From NCBI GenBank assembly GCA_023248155.1, contig JAHFFE010000001.1, forward strand, positions 212,873 through 276,872: a DNA stretch of 64,000 nucleotides, read 5' to 3'. The notes under the pieces were generated by a model. That model saw only the letters and a program-made list of their open reading frames with translations, made no database searches and was not told where the DNA came from. Origin of the DNA: Candidatus Omnitrophota bacterium. GTDB lineage: Bacteria > Omnitrophota > Gorgyraeia > 1-14-0-20-64-10. Positions 1 to 9,693 of the stretch are shown here, piece after piece (within the stretch, counting starts at the first letter, position 1; each line of letters starts with the position of its first letter). The translations under genes were made by a program, and so were the position numbers.

Positions 1-1294
<1,294 letters not shown>

Positions 1295-1339
1295 TTTCCA
1301 ACCCATCGATCTGTTTCGCGTGATACAATAGCTCTTAAC

Positions 1340-1416
<77 letters not shown>

Positions 1417-1425
1417 ATTTTCACA

Positions 1426-1461
1426 AGGGCGCAGCTTATTTAACGCTGCGCCCTTTCTTTT
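1426..1461 (+). terminator. Intrinsic terminator after tRNA-Met
   Basis: AAGGGCGCAGC / GCTGCGCCCTT 11-bp stem followed by T-rich tract. Confidence 0.85.
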
Positions 1462-1541
1462 TCGGAGTTGTTAGCGGTAGGATAGTCTTAAATATTTTTG
1501 TTCAAATATAAGATTTTATTAGGTATACTTACCTTATATCG

Positions 1542-4500
1542 ATGAAACACCAATCCCCCCAACCTATAACGGGTCGTCTTTGGGCGCTTATTTTGGTCAT
1601 TGCGCTTGCTTTGCCAAATCCTGCCCTCGCTCTGCGCCCTACAGGCCTTGAAGAAAGCTCCTCTAAAAACAAAAGTAATTTTCTTAGTCAATTAGCCGCT
1701 TCTTCTGCCGGGCAGGAAGAAAGAACCCATCTCCTTGAGCTGGGGGATTCGCAATCTATTTACGATCGAATGGTCGACATCGCTCAAATAGTTGTCGGCT
1801 CAAGCATATTTGATCAAGATGCTGTGACAGAGTTTCTTCTAGGCGACGAGCCACCTGTTGTAATTCTTGCTTTAGATAAAGTAAAGGTTTTTTATGCTCC
1901 TGGAGATTCCCTCGACCAAAATCAAAGTGGTAACGATATTTTAATTGTATGGGAGCAGGGTTCATTTGACGAGAGAGAGATTGCACAATATTTCCGCACT
2001 ATTGGTGCAGATGATCCGTCGCTGCTTCCTTCAGTAGAAGGAGCTATAGATTTCAGTTTTAATTTTTCCAGCGGGATGCCAGCCGGGAGCCTGACAGACA
2101 TTCGGGTTGCCGAAGTGATACATCATTTAGACACGGGCGGCGATATAACGCTTAGAATTAAGTATTCAAAAGTGGCTGAAATCGCCGAGCGTCTCCCAGT
2201 CGTTTTGGCATTGGCAGCGCGGTTTATCAAAAAAGGCTATAATCCTTTCTCCGCCGGGCAGGAGGAGAAAACACAGCTACCCTTTAATCGAAGAACGGCT
2301 CTTCGAACCTTTGGGGTATTGTTGGGATTGCCGTTCTTGTCGGAATTTACGATTGCACAAAACTCAGTTAGTCCGCCCAAAATATTAACAACGCTGCAAC
2401 TGCCGCCGGTGCCACTGCCCAATAGTTTGATGGCTCAAAAAGCCGTTCGTCTTGCCACGAAAACCGACAGTACCTTTAAGGATAATTCCGGCGCCAAACT
2501 CTGGGTTGCTGGTTGGCCGGGAGACTCTGTTCAACCGAAACCGGTCATCATTCCAAAGGGTGTCAATTTGGTGGGCGAGGGTGATGCCGCTCAGGTTCTT
2601 GAAGGGAACCTAACCATAGGATCCGGTTCCATTGTCGCCAATATGACGATTCGCGGCGATGTTACGCTTACCGGCGGCGCGCAATTACTAAACTCGGTTG
2701 TCCAGGGCCGCGTGATTCTGGCCGGCGATGCCAATCAGGTTCGGGGGAACCGTATTTTTGGAAATACACTCTACCGTGAAAATGGGAAATTGCAGTATTC
2801 GCTCGGTCCTGCCGGCCCGCTGGTTCGTATTGGCACAAAAGAAGTCGCGTCCAACGGCAATGTTTTGGAAGGTAACAGTATTATTGCCGGTGTCCCTCCC
2901 GCTGAAATCGGATACCACCCTACCGCTTATCTGAAGAAACAATTTCCCAACGATGAACAACCGCAAACAAGTATGGGCAGATCAAGAAAACTCGAATTGT
3001 CTGCGGTCCATGTCGTCCAGGGAGCTCAAAATAAACTTCGGTATAACACAATCGTTTCATTGGAGAGCGATGCTCCCGCTGTTTTGGTAGGCGCGTGGCG
3101 CGAATATGTTTTGCCGGATAGGGGTAAAGTTATTGGATCGGTGACGCTTGAAAACAATGTCGCCATCAATATCGGAAAACTTGATCCCGACAGAATAAGA
3201 CCTATTGTGGCGGATCGAGAGGTAGTTTCCGGCGGGAATAATCTAATGATCTCGGAGCAGTTCATTCACACTCAAGCTAAAGTAACTGATTCGGACCGCG
3301 CCTACGGCATCGCCGCGGGTCCGACGATAGAGTTCAGGCCGGAACGGGAGATGTTGTTTGAGCGCGCGAACGGAGCACCCAAGAAAAGCTCCTTCGACCT
3401 GATCGGTACGCAGCCAGGCACTTACCGATTAAGGAAAGAATTCTTTGATCAGAATACTCCATTCGGAAAATTTCCCGAGATAGGCGTATTCCGTCAATCG
3501 AGCGACCAGCAGGCCGGGCAGGAGGAGAAGACAACACCCAAACCCAACATGAATTTGGCAGGGCCGGCCGGTCTGCGCCCTCAGTTCGATAAAATCAGTG
3601 CGCTGCAAGGACTCTCACCAGCCAGAAAAGACCAATTGGCACAGGCAATCGCCAGCGAAAGACCTTTCTCCGGTTATAAAGATTCCGCCGATTTGGTTGC
3701 CCGCATGAGGGGGCAAGTTTCCGGTGTCAACACCACCCAGTTGCAGGCGATAGGAAATCATTTCCAGCCGGGCATGTCCAGACGCGGCTTGCTTGCGATT
3801 GCTTTTGGAGTGACATTGCTGGCAGCAGTTCCTGTAGCCCTATGGCTTTTCCAGCCTGCGACGGCACCGGAGGGACATATTGTCTGGGTTTTCGAACCAC
3901 ATGGAGCAAATGATCTGGGAGTTGTTTTCGCCGAATTGCGCGCCGCCGCCAAAAGCGGACAGAAAACCATCTATATTCGGGAATCTGTCCCTTTCGCCAA
4001 CTTTTCACAACTCAACGCAGAGGCTCCAAAACTTGCCCAACAATTGAAGCCTGAGACCATCGACCCTCTGCTCGCGTTGTATGAACAAAATGGAGAAGAG
4101 GGGCTTCTAAAAGAATCGGCGCTTGCCCGGGAAATAAAAACTCTTTACGAAGAACGGCAAAAAGATGCAGACATAGAGATTCCGCAGCTTCGTTCCGATC
4201 CATCGGTTCTCAAGGATCCGCCGCCCGGCCTGGATCAGAATATTCTTTTAGAAGCACAGTTGCTGGTCGATTATCCCAACATTGAAGTCCGGAACGAAAA
4301 AGCTTCATTTATTGCTTATCTTTATCACATCCGATCAGAATGGACGAACGAACTGGCTGGCCGGGCTCTTTTTGGCGATAACGACCGCGATGCCTATTTC
4401 CGTTTCATGATGGATTCCTTCCGCTACGAGGCGCTTAATATTGAGCTGCGTGACCGGCCCTTTGCCTCTTTCGTTGAATCGATTCTTCGGGAAAACCCAG

Positions 4501-7091
4501 GTGCCACTGTTGTTGTACAGCGCGGTCTTTATCATGTTGTATCTGAATACGGTATCGATTACGATACGCTGAAATTCCGTTCCATAGAACGAAGGGTAGA
4601 AATAGATGACTCTATTACCAAGATAGCGTTTTTTTACCACGAACAGTTTCTAAGAGGAGAGTCGGTTCCTGTTTCGGATAAAATGCGCCGGAGTATGCTG
4701 GAAAATTTTATCGGTGATTCAGTGACGCGATTGTTGCAGGAAGAAACATCATCGGCCATTGCTTTTCGGGAAGCGGCTTCAATTACCGGAGCGTTGTCAG
4801 ATCAAGAGCTGGACGAACTCATCAAATTCCTTGGGGAAGATTTTGTAGCTTTTCGAGAAAACCAGAAGACGGCTTTCTTTGGAGCCTGGAATAGTCAAAG
4901 AGATTTAACGACACTGCAATGGCTGCAGACGCATCAAAAAATATCTGCCGCTAATTTCGAAATACTTCGTCCTGCAATCAATCGTCGAGTAAACGCCGGG
5001 CAGGAAGAATTGGGCACGGTGGTTATCGACCAGCACCAAAAACCTATTTCGGCGGTGGCGATCAGCTCGGACGGAAAAACAATTGCCTCTGGAGATAGTG
5101 CCGGCCGGTTGATCATCAAGCAGGTGGAAGGAGCACCGGAACCGATCATCGTTAATACGGGAAATGTAATTACCGACCTGGTTTTTGATACCAGCGGCGG
5201 AAAAATTGCCGTGGGATATGTCAACGGAGCCATTGCATTTTACGATCCGCAAACCGGAAAGACATTTCCAGAAGATGTCGCTCAACCGACTGAGCTGGGT
5301 TCTTTGATCTGGGATATGGCGTTCCACAGAGAAGGTCATCTTACCGCGATTTCTCATCCAGGACTTATTCATTCGATTGATCCTGAAACGGGTGATATCG
5401 ACCGTCTCTTTGAAGGACTTGTTAAATTCTCAACAACTCCCGGAATTGTTCGTATGGCCGTTGCTTTCCCGAACAACGAAAGCAGTCCCAAGTTCGCGAT
5501 TTCTGGTGATTCTGAAGTAAGGGTTATTGAAGAAGGTTTATCGCCCCGCGAGATCGACAGGTTTGAGGCGCCGGGTCATGTAATTCAGCAATTGGCGATT
5601 GATCCGACCGGGCAATATCTGGTGGCTTCCAATCTGGAAGACAACGACGACGAAAACTGGATTCAACTGAGAGACATTAACGCGCATGCTTCTATAACAT
5701 TGAACGGTGTTCATCGGCAGAGAGCGAATGCAATAGCCTTTTCTCCCGATGGAAAAATGCTGGTTTCTGCGGGTAAAGACGGCCAGTTGGTTTTTTGGGA
5801 AGTTCCTTCAGGCCGCGTGATCAAAATCGTTTCGCTCGACCCGATGGAGGGCAAAATTCAGCCTGTACCTAAAAGAGGAGATCCGTCGTATGTAAGCTCT
5901 GTTATTTTTCATAATGTAGTTTTTACGCCCAACGGCCACTCGGTGCTGGTTGCCGTTGAAGATCAGCGCAGTAAGCAGCAGACCGTCCGGCAATTTTCCG
6001 TTCCCGCCGCCGGGCAGGAAAAAGATTTGCCGCTGGATATCCGGCAATGGGATATTGATCAAGCAGATGTGAATGGCAAACCAATCGAAGAGTTAGCTCT
6101 TGTGAAATTACCGCCGGAGGGCCTTCGCTTGCCGCACGCGGCCATTCCAAACGAAGGGGTCCAAATTTATTTAGGGATTGCGGGGGTTCATCTTTCTCCG
6201 GAACCGGCTCCATGGTGGAGTGGTTTTCTTTTTTTGAAATCGGCCGCAAAGTCTCTGCGACTGACACAGACGGTGGCGCACAGCGACAAAGGCAAGATTC
6301 TCCGGCAGGGTGGAACGCCCATTCTGCTTGGCCTAGATCCGCAACAAGGAGCTTCATCACAATACGCGGCGGGGCCTTTTGACCCGTATCTTGTTTCGGT
6401 CGCTGGAGTTTCCAGGGCACACCTGCTTATTCGCTGGGATACGAATGGGGATATTGTTTTCAAGGACCTCAATTCCAGAAATGGCACCTGGATTGATCGA
6501 CAAGCCGCAGAACAGATCAAAGTGGGTTCACTGGCGATTCCATTTGTTAGCGCCGGGCAGGAGGAGGGAATCACGGTTGCTTTTCCGGAATCGGTATTGC
6601 AGGATGCGCAAAGACAGGGCGTTACTGTTTTTGATGCCGAGCAATTGGCAGGCTACGGTATTCCGGGCGCGCATGGAATATTAATTGCCGACTCAGCAAA
6701 CAGCAAGAGTTCTTCTGGGAAAATTTACGCGGACAATGAATTAGAAAACAGAGCCGCAGAAAGAGTATTCACTTGGGTGCTCGCCGGTGATAACGCAGTC
6801 GATATTATAGAGACTGCTGAAATTAATTCGGCAGCGGCCGGAGATTTAATTATTTTACGCCCGGAAACAGGTTTGGATAACGATCGAATTAAACAACTTT
6901 TGGAAGCGCAATGGATTAATCCTTCCGTTCGGGTCGTTGTTGGGGACGCTTCCGTTGTGAATGGGCTTTCCGTGAATGCGTTTCGTTTGCTGGCAGGGGG
7001 ACTTGATTTGCCGCCGGTGGTATTCCTCAACACAACGGTTCGCTTGAATGATGAAGCTGGCAATACTTACACGCTGATCCTGATGGCGTAA
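1542..7091 (+). CDS. Large modular exported protein (1849 aa) with six AGQE[EK] spacers; beta-helix-like, WD40 and FHA modules
   Basis: Hydrophobic N-terminal signal ending PALA-LRP; WD40 repeats (AFSPDGKMLVSAGKDGQLVFWE); FHA motif (GVSRAH...DLNSRNGTWI); spacers at aa 56, 238, 658, 1152, 1490, 1671. Confidence 0.9.
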   Translation: MKHQSPQPITGRLWALILVIALALPNPALALRPTGLEESSSKNKSNFLSQLAASSAGQEERTHLLELGDSQSIYDRMVDIAQIVVGSSIFDQDAVTEFLLGDEPPVVILALDKVKVFYAPGDSLDQNQSGNDILIVWEQGSFDEREIAQYFRTIGADDPSLLPSVEGAIDFSFNFSSGMPAGSLTDIRVAEVIHHLDTGGDITLRIKYSKVAEIAERLPVVLALAARFIKKGYNPFSAGQEEKTQLPFNRRTALRTFGVLLGLPFLSEFTIAQNSVSPPKILTTLQLPPVPLPNSLMAQKAVRLATKTDSTFKDNSGAKLWVAGWPGDSVQPKPVIIPKGVNLVGEGDAAQVLEGNLTIGSGSIVANMTIRGDVTLTGGAQLLNSVVQGRVILAGDANQVRGNRIFGNTLYRENGKLQYSLGPAGPLVRIGTKEVASNGNVLEGNSIIAGVPPAEIGYHPTAYLKKQFPNDEQPQTSMGRSRKLELSAVHVVQGAQNKLRYNTIVSLESDAPAVLVGAWREYVLPDRGKVIGSVTLENNVAINIGKLDPDRIRPIVADREVVSGGNNLMISEQFIHTQAKVTDSDRAYGIAAGPTIEFRPEREMLFERANGAPKKSSFDLIGTQPGTYRLRKEFFDQNTPFGKFPEIGVFRQSSDQQAGQEEKTTPKPNMNLAGPAGLRPQFDKISALQGLSPARKDQLAQAIASERPFSGYKDSADLVARMRGQVSGVNTTQLQAIGNHFQPGMSRRGLLAIAFGVTLLAAVPVALWLFQPATAPEGHIVWVFEPHGANDLGVVFAELRAAAKSGQKTIYIRESVPFANFSQLNAEAPKLAQQLKPETIDPLLALYEQNGEEGLLKESALAREIKTLYEERQKDADIEIPQLRSDPSVLKDPPPGLDQNILLEAQLLVDYPNIEVRNEKASFIAYLYHIRSEWTNELAGRALFGDNDRDAYFRFMMDSFRYEALNIELRDRPFASFVESILRENPGATVVVQRGLYHVVSEYGIDYDTLKFRSIERRVEIDDSITKIAFFYHEQFLRGESVPVSDKMRRSMLENFIGDSVTRLLQEETSSAIAFREAASITGALSDQELDELIKFLGEDFVAFRENQKTAFFGAWNSQRDLTTLQWLQTHQKISAANFEILRPAINRRVNAGQEELGTVVIDQHQKPISAVAISSDGKTIASGDSAGRLIIKQVEGAPEPIIVNTGNVITDLVFDTSGGKIAVGYVNGAIAFYDPQTGKTFPEDVAQPTELGSLIWDMAFHREGHLTAISHPGLIHSIDPETGDIDRLFEGLVKFSTTPGIVRMAVAFPNNESSPKFAISGDSEVRVIEEGLSPREIDRFEAPGHVIQQLAIDPTGQYLVASNLEDNDDENWIQLRDINAHASITLNGVHRQRANAIAFSPDGKMLVSAGKDGQLVFWEVPSGRVIKIVSLDPMEGKIQPVPKRGDPSYVSSVIFHNVVFTPNGHSVLVAVEDQRSKQQTVRQFSVPAAGQEKDLPLDIRQWDIDQADVNGKPIEELALVKLPPEGLRLPHAAIPNEGVQIYLGIAGVHLSPEPAPWWSGFLFLKSAAKSLRLTQTVAHSDKGKILRQGGTPILLGLDPQQGASSQYAAGPFDPYLVSVAGVSRAHLLIRWDTNGDIVFKDLNSRNGTWIDRQAAEQIKVGSLAIPFVSAGQEEGITVAFPESVLQDAQRQGVTVFDAEQLAGYGIPGAHGILIADSANSKSSSGKIYADNELENRAAERVFTWVLAGDNAVDIIETAEINSAAAGDLIILRPETGLDNDRIKQLLEAQWINPSVRVVVGDASVVNGLSVNAFRLLAGGLDLPPVVFLNTTVRLNDEAGNTYTLILMA

Positions 7092-7103
7092 TACAATAGC
7101 AGT

Positions 7104-7814
7104 ATGAGAATCGCGAAAGCGCTGGCCTTAGCCGGCATCGAATCCCGCCGGAAAGCGGAAGCTTATGTTTTGGAAGGGGCCATTACCGTCAACGGCAAGG
7201 TTGTCAAAGACCTGGGCCGGCAGGTGGAACCTGACACAGACAAAATCACCTTTCGCGGCAAGCCGGTGGTTTTCCAGAAAAAAGTTTATTACCTGCTGAA
7301 CAAACCGGCCGGCTATACGACGACTGTTTCCGATCCGCATGCCTCAAAAACCGTGATGGAACTGCTGCCGTCGGAATTTAATCTGTTCCGGCTGTTTCCG
7401 GTCGGCCGGCTGGACCGCGAGTCGACGGGGTTGTTGCTGATGACCAACGACGGCGATTTGGCGCAGAAACTGACGCACCCGCGCTACGGAGTCGGCAAGC
7501 GGTACGAAGTGACCGTCGACAAATCGCTGGAAACCGGTATTCTCAAACGGCTGATGCGCGGGGTGGAGCTGGCAGAAGGGCTCGCGAAAGCCGAACAGAT
7601 TGAAGTGCTCTCCAATACGAAGGTGCGTTTGCTGCTCCGCGAAGGAAAAAAGCGCGAAATCCGCCGCATGTTCGAACAAAACGGTTATATTGTAAAAACA
7701 TTGTGCCGCATCGAATTTGGCCCCCTGAAACTGGAACAATTAGCTGCCGGCAGCGGGCGGGTATTGACCGCTCAGGAACTGGACCGGCTCCGAAAAACCT
7801 CTCCGGCTTCCTAG
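7104..7814 (+). CDS. rluB: rRNA pseudouridine synthase, RsuA/RluB family
   Basis: S4 domain (SRRKAE..V..G.ITVNG), LNKPAGY, PVGRLDRESTGLLLMTNDG, EGKKREIRRM. Confidence 0.9.
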   Translation: MRIAKALALAGIESRRKAEAYVLEGAITVNGKVVKDLGRQVEPDTDKITFRGKPVVFQKKVYYLLNKPAGYTTTVSDPHASKTVMELLPSEFNLFRLFPVGRLDRESTGLLLMTNDGDLAQKLTHPRYGVGKRYEVTVDKSLETGILKRLMRGVELAEGLAKAEQIEVLSNTKVRLLLREGKKREIRRMFEQNGYIVKTLCRIEFGPLKLEQLAAGSGRVLTAQELDRLRKTSPAS

Positions 7815-7913
7815 ACAGGCCTTTTTCCCTTTGTTTCAGAACGATAATTTGTTATCTTGATAAAATACGGTTTGCTCCGGAAATTTATCCGTTGGGCGGT
7901 TAGAAAGCACTTT

Positions 7914-7987
7914 GCGCCCGTAGCTCAACTGGATAGAGTGACAGGCTTCGAACCTGGAGGTTGGGGGTTCAAATCCCTCCGGGCGCG
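7914..7987 (+). tRNA. tRNA-Arg(TCG)
   Basis: GCGCCCG acceptor stem, CAGG-CTTCGAA-CCTG anticodon arm, GTTCAAATC; CCA not encoded. Confidence 0.92.
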
Positions 7988-7996
7988 GGCTTTATC

Positions 7997-8072
7997 GGGC
8001 CGTTAGCTCAGCTGGTAGAGCAGGGGACTCTTAATCCCAAGGTCATAGGTTCGATCCCTATACGGCCCACCA
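7997..8072 (+). tRNA. tRNA-Lys(CTT)
   Basis: GGGCCGT acceptor, GGGA-CTCTTAA-TCCC, GTTCGATCC, encoded CCA. Confidence 0.95.
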
Positions 8073-8101
8073 TTATTATCAATGTTCTTTGTTAAACAGC
8101 T

Positions 8102-8183
8102 GGGCATGTGGCGGAATTGGCAGACGCGCAGGATTTAGGATCCTGTCCCGTAAGGGGTGGGGGTTCAACTCCCTCCTTGCCCA
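8102..8183 (+). tRNA. tRNA-Leu(TAG)
   Basis: GGCGGAATTGGCAGACGC D-arm, CAGGA-TTTAGGA-TCCTG, long variable arm, GTTCAACTC. Confidence 0.93.
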
Positions 8184-8215
8184 CGGGCAGTCTTAAAAAT
8201 TTAAAGTAGTTTATC

Positions 8216-8290
8216 GCGGGAGTAACTCAGCGGTAGAGTGCAACCTTGCCAAGGTTGAGGTCGAGGGTTCGAATCCCTTCTCCCGCTCCA
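8216..8290 (+). tRNA. tRNA-Gly(GCC)
   Basis: GCGGGAG acceptor, CAACC-TTGCCAA-GGTTG, GTTCGAATC, encoded CCA. Confidence 0.95.
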
Positions 8291-8346
8291 CTTTTTTCGT
8301 CGGGAAGTTCGGCTATTTTTTCAGTAATTTGGAGGGGCTCACAGTC

Positions 8347-8817
8347 GTGAAAATCACCGATTTTTTGCGGGAAAGCGCGATATCCGTCGAATTGCAGGCC
8401 AAGAACAAGCAGGCCGTCATCAGCGAATTAGTCCATTTGCTGGTAAAGTCCGGCGACATTAAAGCTGCGGAAGAGGAAAAGATCGTGGCCGTACTTCTGG
8501 CGCGCGAATCGCTCGGGTCCACCGGCATCGGTCAGGGCGTTGGTATTCCGCACGGAAAAACCAACATGGTCAAACAGCTGGTCGCGGCGTTCGGCATTTC
8601 ACGGCAGGGAGTGAATTTTGACGCGCTGGATGGAGAACCCGCTCATATCTTTTTCCTTTTGATCGCGCCTGAAGATTCCGCCGGTCCTCATCTGAAAGCG
8701 CTCGCCCGTATTTCCCGTCTTTTGAAAGACCGTTATTTCCGTGAAAGTCTCAAAGAGTCCAAAGAAGAAAAACAGGTGATTCGGATCATCCAGCAGGAGG
8801 ATCAGAAGAGCCTGTGA
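8347..8817 (+). CDS. ptsN: PTS EIIA (fructose/Ntr type)
   Basis: RESLGSTGIGQGVGIPHG, FDALDGEP, HLKALARISR; GTG start after GGAGGGG. Confidence 0.92.
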   Translation: MKITDFLRESAISVELQAKNKQAVISELVHLLVKSGDIKAAEEEKIVAVLLARESLGSTGIGQGVGIPHGKTNMVKQLVAAFGISRQGVNFDALDGEPAHIFFLLIAPEDSAGPHLKALARISRLLKDRYFRESLKESKEEKQVIRIIQQEDQKSL

Positions 8818-9326
8818 GTTCTCCGGTGGTCCGGAGCCCGTCTCTATTTTTGGAATCGAAGATGGATCTCAGCGCTTTTTTAGACGGCGCGCATCCGCTT
8901 AAACGAAAGGAATCCCGGCTCGTGATGGAAAAATCCGTCGCGTTGAACAAGGAAATCGAATTAATCCAAGCCGGCTCCGCTTTTCGCATTGGTTATCAGA
9001 TTTTTAATCAATTGAAGAAACCGGTTCGCTTCATTTTTTCCTGCCAGTGGATCGTTTCGTTTAAAGACGCTCAGGTGAACCGTTCCGGCGAGGCCGGCCC
9101 GCTGCGGCGTTTTTCCGTCTTGGATCCGGCGGAGCGCCTCGAAGCGGTCTGGGCGTTTTCCCGCGCGGCCCGCATCGCTTTTTCGCCGCTTGAAAAAAAA
9201 TCGGGCGAGCGCCGCATTTACCAGGGCGCCGTCATTCGCGGGTTTTGGCCTGTGACGCTCGCAGCGTCGGGCCGGTGGAAACTGAATTATGAATTGAAAG
9301 TAGGGCAGCCCTGTGGCGGTCTCTAA
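8814..9326 (+). CDS. Hypothetical protein; weak resemblance to the C-terminal beta-sandwich of GH57 glucanotransferases (DUF1926-like)
   Basis: Overlaps ptsN stop and ptsH start; C-terminal GERRIYQGAVI..FWP resembles that domain (recalled, unverified). Confidence 0.5.
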   Translation: MSSPVVRSPSLFLESKMDLSAFLDGAHPLKRKESRLVMEKSVALNKEIELIQAGSAFRIGYQIFNQLKKPVRFIFSCQWIVSFKDAQVNRSGEAGPLRRFSVLDPAERLEAVWAFSRAARIAFSPLEKKSGERRIYQGAVIRGFWPVTLAASGRWKLNYELKVGQPCGGL

Positions 9327-9693
9327 ATCTGAACCGGGTTCCGAAAATAATTCCGAAGCAGCCTCCTGGAAGGATTTTCCCGAGATCCGGAAAACATTCC
9401 GCATTCAAAGCCGTCAAGGACTGCACGCGCGGCCCGCGGCCGTTTTCGCGCAGGTGGCCACCCGTTTTAAATGCACGATCCGCGTGTGCAAAGGCAAACT
9501 GGCCGTGGATGCCCGTTCGATCATGGGTTTGCTGACGCTTTCAGCGTCGCGCGGATCGATGCTCGATGTCTCCGCGCAGGGGCCGGATGCCGAAGAAGCG
9601 CTGCGCGTTTTGGAACAGATCATCTGCCGGGCCGACCTGCCGGCGATCGTCACCGTCGCCAAGCCCGATGGCTCGACCCCGCCGCCAAAGTAA
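9313..9693 (+). CDS. ptsH: HPr phosphocarrier
   Basis: GLHARPAA, DARSIMGLLTL, GPDAEEAL. Confidence 0.93.
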   Translation: MAVSKSEPGSENNSEAASWKDFPEIRKTFRIQSRQGLHARPAAVFAQVATRFKCTIRVCKGKLAVDARSIMGLLTLSASRGSMLDVSAQGPDAEEALRVLEQIICRADLPAIVTVAKPDGSTPPPK

